Counted from the first letter of the stretch, positions 47,063 through 57,039 are shown. The stretch: 64,000 nt of DNA from Gammaproteobacteria bacterium (GCA_965221695.1 OZ244905.1:2752001-2816000); one strand, 5' to 3'. Numbers and translations: made by a program. Notes: generated from the letters alone by a model not told the origin.

Positions 47063-49396
47063 ATGTTGACCAGTAAAATTCTACGTCGTGTTGTAACTGT
47101 GACCCTCACTTTTTTCGCCGTTTTCTCCATAGCCAATGCGCAGGACAGTTCTACGGCGCTGGAAGAGATCATCGTTACCGCGCAAAAGCGCGCGCAATCG
47201 GTCCAGGATGTGGGGCTGACGGTAGCGGCCTTCAACGACGAACAGTATCGGGAATTGACCCGGGGCACTCTTGACGGTCTTGCGGCGCAAATCTCAAATG
47301 TGCAGGCGTATGCAAACAATACCTACCTGGAGAGCGTGCATATTCGCGGTATCGGGTTGAATGAATTCCAGGGGCAGTTCGATTCGCCGGTGGCGACGCA
47401 CTTCGATGAAGTCTATATCGCCAAACCCTGGATGAAGGCGCGCCGCCATTACGACATCGGGCGGGTCGAGGCGCTGAAAGGACCACAGGGCACCTTGTTC
47501 GGCCGTAACACCACCGGTGGTTCAATCAACTTCTACACCAAGGCGCCGGTGGACCGGTTCGAGGCCGAGTTGGAAGCCGGGATGGACGAACATGAACGCT
47601 ACCGGGTCACCGGCATGGTCAACGCTCCGCTGTCCGACGGGCTCAGCGGGCGTGTCTCCTTCAACACGGAATTCGGCAACGGCGGCCCCCAGAAAAACCT
47701 GTTTTCCGGCGACGAACACGGCCGGCCGGACCTGTTGGATGTACGCGGCCAGCTACTGTGGACCGGAGACAAACTGACCGTGCGCGCGCTGGTCCACGGC
47801 GGCCGGGACAAGAGCGATAAGACCGCCTGGAAAGGCCCGGGAATTTTTAACCTGGGGGCGCCGGGATTGTGTCCGCAACTGTTTACCGGCGAGGTGTCGA
47901 AAAGCCCGTCGACCTGCTCCAAGACTGGCGGATCCGCGACCCTGAATGGTTACCCTGAGGGTGAATTCGAGCCTGAAGGCATACATACCATCAACCAGAA
48001 TAAGCCGCCGACGGTAGATGACAAGTTCTATGGTGGTTACCTGCGCTGGGATTATGAAATAGGCAATGCAACGCTGACTTCTATTACCGCCTATGAATAT
48101 TACGAGCGCATCCATACTGACGACAGCCAGGCCGATATGTTCAACTCGACCAGCACTCACTATTACGACGAGATGAACCAGATCAGCCAGGAACTCAGGC
48201 TGACCGGTTTTCTGAGCAGAAACTGGCGCTATATCCTGGGATTTTTCTATGAAAACGACGACCTGGACCAGGTCGACGGTTCCGACCTGAGCCAGCAACA
48301 GGTGCCGACAATAACCCCGCCGTTTGCGGACCAGTTCTTCTCCGAGTTTGCCTTGGATACGGAATCCATTGCCGTATTTGTCCACAATGAGTTCGATTTT
48401 ACCGACAACCTGACTCTCAACCTGGGATTGCGTTATACGGACGATAATATTGAAGTCAGCGATGCGCTGATGGGCATTGGCCTGTTGCCGCAGTTCGGCA
48501 AGGAGAAGTTTGTTACCCCGTGCTTCATCACCACCTATCCGGCCGGCCCGAACGGTTCCCCGGCCTGCCCGTTCCTGGGGCCCGAAGCGCCGCTTTACAA
48601 CGACAGCCGCACGGACAGGGATTTCTCCTGGCGCGTAGGCATCGAATGGAGCGCGGCTGATGACCTGCTGGTCTATTCCAACTTGACCACCGGTTACCGC
48701 AGCGGCGGCTACAGCCTGCCGTTCGCGGGCGCAGCCACCACGTTTGACCCGGAAGAACTGCTCACGGTGGAATTGGGTTTCAAGTACCAGTTACTGGATG
48801 ACACCTTGCGCATCAATGCGTCGGCCTTCCGTTACGTGTACGACGATGTGCAGGTCAATGTGGACGACCCGGTTTCGCCGCTGGTGCCTATCACGCGTAA
48901 TATCGGCGAGCAGTTGAATACCGGATTTGAGGCTGATATCACCTGGCAGCCGGTGCCCAGTCTGTACCTGAGACAGAGCATCGGTTACCTGGATGCCGAA
49001 TTCAACGACACGCCGCGCACGGTTTCCACCTATACGGGCGTCATCCCCCTGGAAGGCAAGCGCCCGGTGAATTCCCCCGAGTGGACTTACAACGGCGCGG
49101 CCCGCTGGCAGCAACAGGTGGCTGACGGCATGGACTTGATCATCGGTGTGGACTACCGTTGGATAGACGACCGTTTTCTGGAAGCGACCAATGCGGCTTT
49201 CGACAAATCGGATGATTATTGGGTGGCCAACATGCGGGTTGCGCTGGCGACCGATAAATGGGAAATCGCGCTATACGGAACCAATATTTTCGATGAGGAA
49301 TACCTGACCTATATCAACAATATCGGTTTCTTCAAGCTGGATATCTTCGGAGAAAGGCAGACCTTCGGCGCGTCCGTCCGCTACCGGTTCCAGTAA
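47063..49396 (+). CDS. TonB-dependent receptor
   Basis: Signal peptide from MLTSK, LEEIIVTAQKR, LKGPQGTLFGRNTTGG, C-terminal YRFQ. Confidence 0.95.
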   Translation: MLTSKILRRVVTVTLTFFAVFSIANAQDSSTALEEIIVTAQKRAQSVQDVGLTVAAFNDEQYRELTRGTLDGLAAQISNVQAYANNTYLESVHIRGIGLNEFQGQFDSPVATHFDEVYIAKPWMKARRHYDIGRVEALKGPQGTLFGRNTTGGSINFYTKAPVDRFEAELEAGMDEHERYRVTGMVNAPLSDGLSGRVSFNTEFGNGGPQKNLFSGDEHGRPDLLDVRGQLLWTGDKLTVRALVHGGRDKSDKTAWKGPGIFNLGAPGLCPQLFTGEVSKSPSTCSKTGGSATLNGYPEGEFEPEGIHTINQNKPPTVDDKFYGGYLRWDYEIGNATLTSITAYEYYERIHTDDSQADMFNSTSTHYYDEMNQISQELRLTGFLSRNWRYILGFFYENDDLDQVDGSDLSQQQVPTITPPFADQFFSEFALDTESIAVFVHNEFDFTDNLTLNLGLRYTDDNIEVSDALMGIGLLPQFGKEKFVTPCFITTYPAGPNGSPACPFLGPEAPLYNDSRTDRDFSWRVGIEWSAADDLLVYSNLTTGYRSGGYSLPFAGAATTFDPEELLTVELGFKYQLLDDTLRINASAFRYVYDDVQVNVDDPVSPLVPITRNIGEQLNTGFEADITWQPVPSLYLRQSIGYLDAEFNDTPRTVSTYTGVIPLEGKRPVNSPEWTYNGAARWQQQVADGMDLIIGVDYRWIDDRFLEATNAAFDKSDDYWVANMRVALATDKWEIALYGTNIFDEEYLTYINNIGFFKLDIFGERQTFGASVRYRFQ

Positions 49397-49437
49397 GTAA
49401 AAAATCGTTCTCGGGGCTAGCGCTAGTTTACTGAGTA

Positions 49438-50805
49438 CTAAGCCCCCTCGATATCGAAGTCGTCCAGGTTTACCTCGCGCATGGTAACCCGGCGGTACTT
49501 GTCTTCCCGGGGCAACGGCACGGTGGCGTCGATGCCGAGCCGGGTCCACTTGTCGTTCTCGACCATGGGGTTCAGACGGTGGCCGATGCCGTCGGGTATC
49601 GGTAACAGGTCGCGGTCGAAGCGGCAGCGCGTCTGCACCGCCCAGTCCACGTCCGCGAGGCTGTAGAGATCCACGTCCGTGTCCACCACGGTGACCGTCT
49701 TGACAAACGCCAGCGAGACGAACGCGGCCATGATCGCGTTGCGCTGGCTGCCCTCATGCTTTTTGTCGAGCTGCACCACCAGGTGGTAGGGTACGCTGCC
49801 GTCGGAGAAATGTACCGCGGTCACCTCCGGCACCAGGCTGTGTATCTTGTCAAACGCCCCGGCGCCGGCGATGAGGCCGTAGGCGTTATAGACTTCCTTG
49901 CCCGATAGAATGGAATGGAAAATCGGCTCGCGCCGGCGGGTAATCGCAGAGACTTCAAATACCCAGCGATCGTCTACGCCCGCGTAATAGCCGGTCACTT
50001 CAGCATACGGGCCTTCCGGTTCGCGCACACCCGGAAGTATTTTCCCTTCAATAACGAATTGCGCGTCGGCCCAGGCTTCCACGCCTACGGTCTGCGCTTC
50101 GATAAGCCGCACCGGCGCGCCGTGCATCTGGCAGGCAATGCCGATTTCATCCATTTCCATGGGCGCAGCGGAGGCCGGGGAAGCCGCCGCCATACTCATC
50201 GCGTAATCTGCGCCGTTGTTGACAGTCAGCTCCAGGGGTTGCCCCTTGGCTTCGGCTCGTTTGAAATAGTCCATCAGGTGCCCCAGTTCCTCCAGCAGCA
50301 GGGTAAAGCGGTTTTTGCCGGTGACCATCATGCGGTGGATAGACAGGTTGCGCACCCCTGTGTCCGGGTCCTTGGCGATAACGACGCTGGAGGTCAGGTA
50401 ACGCCCGCCGTCGCCCTCGGCGTGGTGAGGTATCGGCAGCGCGCCCAAATCGGGGTCGGCCTCGATCACTTCATTGGCCGGACCCTGTTGCACCGTTACA
50501 GGCTCAATCGGGCTTTTGCGCCAGGCGCGGATGTCATCCGCGAGCGCGAACGGCAGCCGGGCGCTGGTGGTCTGAAAAAACTTCGCCATGAATTCACGGT
50601 TCCAGTACAGCCCGATCAACACCGGGTAGTTACTGCCCTTGACCTTCTCGAACAGCAAAGCTTTGCCGCCCTCGAATTTTCGGGCGATGCCTGCCAGTTG
50701 GAAGGCGGGGTCCACCTCGCTTTTTACCCGGACCAGGTGATTGTGCTGGTCCATGAACGCGAGATAGGCTTGGAGGTCGATAAGTTTGCGTTTGGCAAGG
50801 TCCAT
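49438..50805 (-). CDS. UbiD-family prFMN-dependent (de)carboxylase
   Basis: DGGRY, RNLSIHR, EGPYAEVTGYY, VVDTDVD...DVDWA, GIDAT. Confidence 0.9.
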   Translation of the reverse strand: MDLAKRKLIDLQAYLAFMDQHNHLVRVKSEVDPAFQLAGIARKFEGGKALLFEKVKGSNYPVLIGLYWNREFMAKFFQTTSARLPFALADDIRAWRKSPIEPVTVQQGPANEVIEADPDLGALPIPHHAEGDGGRYLTSSVVIAKDPDTGVRNLSIHRMMVTGKNRFTLLLEELGHLMDYFKRAEAKGQPLELTVNNGADYAMSMAAASPASAAPMEMDEIGIACQMHGAPVRLIEAQTVGVEAWADAQFVIEGKILPGVREPEGPYAEVTGYYAGVDDRWVFEVSAITRRREPIFHSILSGKEVYNAYGLIAGAGAFDKIHSLVPEVTAVHFSDGSVPYHLVVQLDKKHEGSQRNAIMAAFVSLAFVKTVTVVDTDVDLYSLADVDWAVQTRCRFDRDLLPIPDGIGHRLNPMVENDKWTRLGIDATVPLPREDKYRRVTMREVNLDDFDIEGA

Positions 50806-50822
50806 GGTCGTTCTCTTATAAA

Positions 50823-51356
50823 TCAGTTACCGGAAGCACGGTGTCTTTTCTGCAACCGGGCATAATGTTGCGCGGAATAATCTATGTAGGCCAGTTCCGG
50901 GTCCGTGAGTTTACGCGCCTGGCGCGCCGGCGCGCCCATGTAAAGATAGCCGCTCTCCAGGGTCTTACCCGATGAGACCAGGCTGCCGGCGCCGATCATC
51001 GTATGCGATTCGATCACTGCCCGGTCCAGGATGATTGAGGACATGCCGATCAGGCAATGGTCTTGAATCGTACAGCCGTGCAACATGACCTTGTGGCCTA
51101 CAGTTACATCACTGCCGATGGTTAACGGATCGCCGCCGGGATTGCTATCGGACTCGTGGTTCACGTGCAGGACCGAACCGTCCTGGATATTGGTGCGACT
51201 GCCGATGGTTATGCTGTTGATGTCTCCCCGGATTACCGCCGCGGGCCATACCGAGGAATCTTCCCCCATGGTTACGTTGCCGATAACCACGGCCATCTCG
51301 TCAATATAAGTGGAAGCGGGTATTACAGGTGTGATACCCTCAAAAGCTCTGATCAT
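50823..51356 (-). CDS. Gamma carbonic anhydrase family protein (YrdA-like)
   Basis: Hexapeptide repeats, RGD, TNIQDGSVLH, GHKVMLHGC (three Zn His). Confidence 0.92.
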   Translation of the reverse strand: MIRAFEGITPVIPASTYIDEMAVVIGNVTMGEDSSVWPAAVIRGDINSITIGSRTNIQDGSVLHVNHESDSNPGGDPLTIGSDVTVGHKVMLHGCTIQDHCLIGMSSIILDRAVIESHTMIGAGSLVSSGKTLESGYLYMGAPARQARKLTDPELAYIDYSAQHYARLQKRHRASGN

Positions 51357-51521
51357 AATAAATTATAAAAAATTCTGATTGTTATCGAAAAACCGGCCCT
51401 GCGCCGTCCTGTGACCATATTAACATGCCTGTCCGGATAAATTATCGCCCCTTGCAGTTTGTAACAGCGGGAATGGTATGGGGCGTAGCTCAGTGAGTAA
51501 AATTTACACGGAAAATCCGTA

Positions 51522-52829
51522 ATGCAGACAGATATACGTCAACTGATAGATGAAAGGCCCATCAGCGGCCTGCAACTCCGGGTTGTCCTGGGTTGTTTTG
51601 CCCTGAACATGCTGGACGGGTTCGATGTGCTGGCCATCGCTTTCAGCGCCCCCACCATCTCCCAGGAATGGCAGTTGACGCCCTATACGCTGGGCATCAT
51701 CTTCAGCGCCGGACTTATCGGCATGACCCTGGGCGCGGCGTTCATCGCCCCGTACACGGACGTGATAGGCCGGCGTGCGATGATACTGCTCTCGCTCCTT
51801 GCCATCGCCGTCAGCATGGCCATAACCGGCATGACCGAAAACGCCAACCAGATGATCGCGATGCGGGTTTTGACCGGACTGGGGATCGGCAGCATTCTTG
51901 CCAGCCTGACCAGCCTGGTTGCCGAATATATGCCGGCCAGGAAACGCAGCCTGGCTGTGGGCTTTATGCAGGTAGGCTACCCGCTGGGCGCGACCGTGGG
52001 TGGGTTTGCCGCGGTCTGGCTGATCCAGGCATATGGCTGGCAGGCGGTATTTTATTTCGGCAGCGCCCTGTCATTTGCGGCGGCCCTGTGCGCTTTTCTG
52101 TTTTTGCCGGAATCCCTGGAATTTCTTTCCTCCCGTCAACCCGCACAGGCATTGACGAAAATAAACCGGATACTGGCCCGTATGGGCTGGCCACAACTGG
52201 AATCCATGCCGGCGGCGCCGGCAGCCGTGGCAAAGCCTTCAGTGAAAAATATATTGACCCCGGAGTATCGCAACTGGACGCTACTGTTGTGGTGCGGTTT
52301 CTTCATGGCATTCCTGACCTTGTATTTCCTGTTCAGTTGGGTCCCGAAGATTACCGTTGACGCGGGACTGCCAATTGACAAGGGCATCTACATCGGCACC
52401 GCGTTGAATTTTGGCGCATTCCTGGGCGGCGCCATCCTGGGCTACCTGTCTGACCGGTTCGGCGTGCGCCCCCTGATCATCTGGTTTTTCATCGGCGGTG
52501 TCATTTTCATGCTGGCCTTCGGATTCTCCCCGCCTGAGGTGGGGTTGCTGCTGATACTGGCCTTTGCGCTGGGATTTTGTGTACTGGGCGGATTTGTCGG
52601 TTTTTATATCTCTGCCGCGTGCCTGTATGATACGAAAATTCGCGCAACCGGCGTCGGCTGGAGCATCGGCGCAGGCCGGACCGGCGCGATCATCGGCCCT
52701 TACCTCGGCGGCGTGCTCATCAATATGGGCTATTCAACCAGCGTCAACTTTATCATCTTCGCGATCCCGCTGATCCTTGCCTGTGTCGCGATATACCTGT
52801 TACGCGCGCCGCAACTCGAACCCGGCTAG
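51522..52829 (+). CDS. MFS aromatic acid:H+ symporter (PcaK/BenK family)
   Basis: LDGFD in TM1, D..GRR, AEY.P...R, RATGVGW..GAGR.GAI.GP. Confidence 0.9.
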   Translation: MQTDIRQLIDERPISGLQLRVVLGCFALNMLDGFDVLAIAFSAPTISQEWQLTPYTLGIIFSAGLIGMTLGAAFIAPYTDVIGRRAMILLSLLAIAVSMAITGMTENANQMIAMRVLTGLGIGSILASLTSLVAEYMPARKRSLAVGFMQVGYPLGATVGGFAAVWLIQAYGWQAVFYFGSALSFAAALCAFLFLPESLEFLSSRQPAQALTKINRILARMGWPQLESMPAAPAAVAKPSVKNILTPEYRNWTLLLWCGFFMAFLTLYFLFSWVPKITVDAGLPIDKGIYIGTALNFGAFLGGAILGYLSDRFGVRPLIIWFFIGGVIFMLAFGFSPPEVGLLLILAFALGFCVLGGFVGFYISAACLYDTKIRATGVGWSIGAGRTGAIIGPYLGGVLINMGYSTSVNFIIFAIPLILACVAIYLLRAPQLEPG

Positions 52830-52852
52830 TCAGATATTGTCTTCCAACACTT

Positions 52853-52972
52853 ACCATTCCCGCGGAAGCAGGAATCCAGTAGGCAACAAAACTCATTATA
52901 AATAAGATTTGCATATTGGATTCCTGCCCCCAGCAGACATCATAAGCGGGCAGGTTTCATCGGCATGGGTAG
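52853..52972. repeat. dRS3/REP-like inverted doublet between convergent genes
   Basis: ACCATTCCCGCGGAAGCAGGAATCCAG plus an interrupted inverted copy starting TGGATTCCTGC at 52917. Confidence 0.65.
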
Positions 52973-52991
52973 TTATTCGGAAATAACCAGG

Positions 52992-53828
52992 TTAATTTTC
53001 TACGATCGTATTTGATAATACGCCTATGCCCTCCAGTTCCACTTCAACCCGGTCGCCGGGGAACATGTATAGCTGTGGCTGCCGCTTGTAACCAACCCCG
53101 CCCGGTGTGCCGGTGGCGATGATGTCCCCGGACTCCAGCGTGGTGAACGTGGAGATATAGGCGATGAGCGCCGGCACCGGGAACAGCATCAGGTCAGTGG
53201 TCGTGCTCTGCACCGTTGCGCCGTTCAGGCGGGTCTCGAGCCGGTAACCCGCATTGGGGTCCGGCAGTTCTTCGGCCGGGATCATCCACGGGCCGCAGGC
53301 GCCGGAGGCATCGAAGTTCTTGCCGGGTATGTATTGCGTGGTATGCACCTGGAAGTCCCGAACCGAGCCGTCCATAAAACAACTGTAACCGGCAATATGT
53401 TCCAATGCCTGTTCCGGGCTGATGCGCCGCCCGGGCTTGCCGATGATCAGCGCCAGCTCTCCTTCAAAATCGTACTCATTGCTTTCCGCGGGTTTGATCA
53501 GAGCCTGGTCATGCCCCGATACCGAGGAAGGGTAGCGTGTAAAAATAAGCGGATGCGCTGTCCTGTCTCCACCCATCTCATCTCGGTGCGCGGCATAATT
53601 CTGGCCGATGCAGAGGATTCGGGCCGGATCCGGTATCGGTGGCAGGTAGGTAATTTCGGCCAAAGGCACGGATTTGCCGCTTGCCGCAGCGCCGGGTGCG
53701 TCTGCCAGGTTGCCCTTGCTCACGGCTGCCTTCAGAGAAGGCTCAAAATGGCTCAAATCAGCGATGACCCCGTCATTCAGCAGGCCCCAGCCGGGTTGGC
53801 CGTTATGCAGGTAAGTGACAAACTTCAT
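52992..53828 (-). CDS. Fumarylacetoacetate hydrolase family protein
   Basis: CIGQNY, DFEGEL, DGSVRDFQ, GKNF, TGTPGGVG. Confidence 0.9.
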   Translation of the reverse strand: MKFVTYLHNGQPGWGLLNDGVIADLSHFEPSLKAAVSKGNLADAPGAAASGKSVPLAEITYLPPIPDPARILCIGQNYAAHRDEMGGDRTAHPLIFTRYPSSVSGHDQALIKPAESNEYDFEGELALIIGKPGRRISPEQALEHIAGYSCFMDGSVRDFQVHTTQYIPGKNFDASGACGPWMIPAEELPDPNAGYRLETRLNGATVQSTTTDLMLFPVPALIAYISTFTTLESGDIIATGTPGGVGYKRQPQLYMFPGDRVEVELEGIGVLSNTIVEN

Positions 53829-53829
53829 C

Positions 53830-54828
53830 TCAATTCCCATTCTTCACGGTTCGAAAGCCGATATGCGCGGCGCTCAGTGTAAGCTCCTGTGCGTGCCTGG
53901 CGGCTGGCCGGTAGCGCCGGCAATAATTTTCCGCGCACAGATAGGAACCGCCCTTGATCACTTTTACCGGCACGCCGGGCTGGCGCGGGTCATGGCCGCC
54001 GCTCCCTGGTGTGCCATGGGCCGGGTAATACCAGTCGTCCACCCATTCCCACAAGTTGCCGATCATATCGTACAAGCCGTACCCGTTCGCAGGAAAACAG
54101 CCGACCGGCGCGCTGGCGGAATAATGGTCTTCCGCGGCATTCACCATCGGGAATATCCCCTGCCAGGTGTTGGCCTGGTGTTGGCCGTCAATCAGGAATT
54201 CATCGCCCCAGGCGTACACGGCGCGTTCCAGTCCGCCCCGGGCCGCGTACTCCCACTGCGCCTCGGTCGGCAGGTCATGGCCGAGCCACTCGGCAAAAGC
54301 CCGTGCGTCCTCGTGCGCAATATGCGCCACCGGATGATGTTCCAACCCGTCGATGGAACTGCCCGGCCCTGTGGGTTCACGCCAGTTAGCGCCGGGGACG
54401 AAGCGCCACCATTGGGTCAGGTTACCGGCAGGTTGCGTGGGCATGGTGAATACAACAGAACCCGGCTTCAGCAACGCGGGATCGATATCGGGAAAGTCTT
54501 TCGGGTCCGGCTGGCGTTCCGCCACGGTGACGTAACCGGTTTCTGCCACGAATTCGCTGAATCGGGCATTGGTTACCTCGAACCTGCCGATCCAGAAGCC
54601 ATCAACCCGCACTGTCTCCTGCGGGCCTTCGTCGGGATAAAAACCGGTTGCTCCCCGGGTATAACTCCCGCCTTCCAACCATACCATTTCGCGATGTTCA
54701 GATGCATCTTTGCAATCAGCCTGGGATAGGGACACCGCGCCCATTTCCGAGCCACTGTCCAACGCGATGAAATAACCGAGTACAGCAGCGGCTCCCAGTA
54801 TCAGAGCAATGGTCAGAGCCTTCTTCAT
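53830..54828 (-). CDS. Formylglycine-generating enzyme (SUMF1/FGE)
   Basis: EVTN..F, LPTEAQWEYAARGG, GLYDMIGN.WEW, KGGSYLCAENYCRRYR, HIGFR. Confidence 0.9.
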   Translation of the reverse strand: MKKALTIALILGAAAVLGYFIALDSGSEMGAVSLSQADCKDASEHREMVWLEGGSYTRGATGFYPDEGPQETVRVDGFWIGRFEVTNARFSEFVAETGYVTVAERQPDPKDFPDIDPALLKPGSVVFTMPTQPAGNLTQWWRFVPGANWREPTGPGSSIDGLEHHPVAHIAHEDARAFAEWLGHDLPTEAQWEYAARGGLERAVYAWGDEFLIDGQHQANTWQGIFPMVNAAEDHYSASAPVGCFPANGYGLYDMIGNLWEWVDDWYYPAHGTPGSGGHDPRQPGVPVKVIKGGSYLCAENYCRRYRPAARHAQELTLSAAHIGFRTVKNGN

Positions 54829-54986
54829 TCGGCTATCTTACTATCAATCCGCGCCTCTCACCAAGTTATGCTTTCGGTCGCAAGCACGCCGTAGACGTAA
54901 CATATCCTGCGCGAGCATCTCATTACCTGGAAAGACTTGCGGATTTATCTTTAGAACCTGTGAGGACTTAAGCAGAGGCTCTCTGT

Positions 54987-55015
54987 TTGTATTCGACATC
55001 GTCCGAAAGTATAAT
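54987..55015 (+). promoter_or_regulatory. Putative sigma70 promoter for argB
   Basis: TTGTAT-N17-TATAAT. Confidence 0.55.
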
Positions 55016-55063
55016 CAGACGCTTATCAAACTTGCTTTTTTCTAATTTCCTCTACAATTCTGC

Positions 55064-55942
55064 ATGCCCTACAAGCTCGTTTTACTGGAAACGGCCAGGA
55101 AACTCGCCGAACAACATGATTTTGACGGGCAGGCCCTCAGGGAAGCCATTCCCTACCTGGAGGCGTTCCAGGGCAGAAAATTCGTGCTCAAGATCGGCGG
55201 TTCGATATTGCAGGACGAGCGGCTGATACCCTCCCTGGTCAGTGATGTTGCGTTTCTCAAGCGCCTGGACATCAGTGTCATCCTTGTGCATGGCGGCGCC
55301 CGGCAACTGGACCGGCGCATGCACGCGCTTGGCTTGAAACCGAGCAAACTGGACGGATTGCGGGTCACTTCCCGTGAAGTCCTGGACCTCGCGAACGACG
55401 TATTCCTGGAAATCAGCCGCGTGATTCGGGATGCGGTGGCCCACCGAGGATACCGGGGTGTTATCTTCGACCGCAGCAGCGGCCTGGTGCGCTCCAGGCA
55501 AAAGGACGCCGGACTGGGCTATGTGGGCGAACCGGCCCGGGTGGATACGCCATTGCTGGAGCAATTGCCTGCCGAAGCCGTACCCATTGTCAGCGCGATC
55601 ACTTCGGGGATGGAGGACGGAGAACCCGGCTACAATGTTAATGCCGATGAAGTCGCCAGCGCTATCGCCGGGGAAATCCGGGCAGAGAAACTGATATTGA
55701 TGACCGACGAGGACGGCGTGCGGGACGCGGATGGTATGTTACTGCCCACACTCACCCCAGAGCAGGCCGGAAAACTGATCAAATCAGGCGTGATCCACGG
55801 CGGCATGATCCCCAAGGTCAAGGCCTGTCTCAGTCCCCTGCAGCGCGGCGTCAGCAAGTCCCACATCATCAGGGGAGACGCCGATTCCTTCATCAACGAA
55901 ATCCTCACCGACGCCGGCGTGGGCACCGAGTTTGTGCTGTGA
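55064..55942 (+). CDS. argB: Acetylglutamate kinase
   Basis: EAIPY, KIGG, VHGG, GLRVT, NVNAD, GGMIPKV, EILTDAGVGT. Confidence 0.85.
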   Translation: MPYKLVLLETARKLAEQHDFDGQALREAIPYLEAFQGRKFVLKIGGSILQDERLIPSLVSDVAFLKRLDISVILVHGGARQLDRRMHALGLKPSKLDGLRVTSREVLDLANDVFLEISRVIRDAVAHRGYRGVIFDRSSGLVRSRQKDAGLGYVGEPARVDTPLLEQLPAEAVPIVSAITSGMEDGEPGYNVNADEVASAIAGEIRAEKLILMTDEDGVRDADGMLLPTLTPEQAGKLIKSGVIHGGMIPKVKACLSPLQRGVSKSHIIRGDADSFINEILTDAGVGTEFVL

Positions 55943-56061
55943 CCTGCTATCGAGGGTTACCAGGTGGATTCATTCCTTGAAACAGGTTCTGATCTTCATT
56001 AAAATCATCAAGAAATCAGAAAGTTTCCGAAGTATATATTTCCTTACCATCCCTCCTTGCT

Positions 56062-56874
56062 ATGCTGAATGACGAACAAATCGCCAGGGCTGCCTCAGCC
56101 CTGTACATGGCGGAGAAGGAACGGAGACAAGCGCGGGCCGTTACCCTGGAGCATCCGGACATGAGCCTGGACGACGCCTATCGGGTTCAGGCGCAATGGA
56201 TGGCGTTGAAACAGGCCGAAGGGCGCGCCATCAAGGGTTATAAGATCGGCCTCACCTCGCGTGCCATGCAGATGACCATGCAGATAGATGAACCCGATTA
56301 CGGGACTCTACTGGATGACATGTTTTTTACCAGCGGAGTCGAAATTGATACCGCGGATTTTACCGACCCCAGGATAGAGGTCGAACTGGCGTTTGTCTTG
56401 AAGGAACGGTTGGCAGGCGAAGATGTGAGCGTGGATGAGGTCATGCGCGCGACCGATTGTGTGATACCTGCCCTGGAACTGATTGCGGCCCGCAGCTATC
56501 GGGTCGATCCAGACAGCGGTTATACGCGCAGAATACAGGACACCATTTCCGATAACGCGGCGAGCGGCGCTGTCATCCTTGGCGAACAACGCATCAGACC
56601 GGACAGTATGGACTTGCGCTGGTGCGGCGCGGCGCTGTACCGGAACGGTGTAGTGGAAGAGACCGGCCTGGCCGCAGGTGTGCTTGACCATCCCGCCAAC
56701 GGGATAGCTTGGATAGCGAGACGCTTTGCGCCCCACGGCGTGGCGCTGGAACCCGGTCATATACTTTTGTCGGGTTCTTTCACGCGGCCCGTGAACGCGC
56801 GCCCGGGTGATGTCTTCCGAGCCGACTACGGCAGCTTGGGAAGTATTGATTGCAGTTTCAGGCAACAAGCCTGA
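56062..56874 (+). CDS. hpaH: 2-oxo-hept-4-ene-1,7-dioate hydratase
   Basis: KIGLTSRAMQ, EPDYG, PRIEVELAF, DTISDNAA, EETGLAAGVL.HPA. Confidence 0.9.
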   Translation: MLNDEQIARAASALYMAEKERRQARAVTLEHPDMSLDDAYRVQAQWMALKQAEGRAIKGYKIGLTSRAMQMTMQIDEPDYGTLLDDMFFTSGVEIDTADFTDPRIEVELAFVLKERLAGEDVSVDEVMRATDCVIPALELIAARSYRVDPDSGYTRRIQDTISDNAASGAVILGEQRIRPDSMDLRWCGAALYRNGVVEETGLAAGVLDHPANGIAWIARRFAPHGVALEPGHILLSGSFTRPVNARPGDVFRADYGSLGSIDCSFRQQA

Positions 56875-56885
56875 AGCCAACTTAA

Positions 56886-57039
56886 GAATGCCTCTGAAAT
56901 TTAGAGGCGCCCGTGCGACATAGGGATGTGCCGCCATTTTCAATCGCTTAAGGCATTGAAATTGAAGGAAACGGAAAATCGGCATTTTTCATTTCCACCT
57001 CTGGAAATTTATCTGGTGATTTATGACTTTGAGTCGCCT
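56886..57039 (-). mobile_element. Diverged MITE relative with different termini, inside the hpa operon
   Basis: Internal hairpins align with H4, H3 and H2 of the 151-bp MITE; ends are GCCTCT...AGAGGCGCCC type; flanks TTAA/CTAA. Confidence 0.6.
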
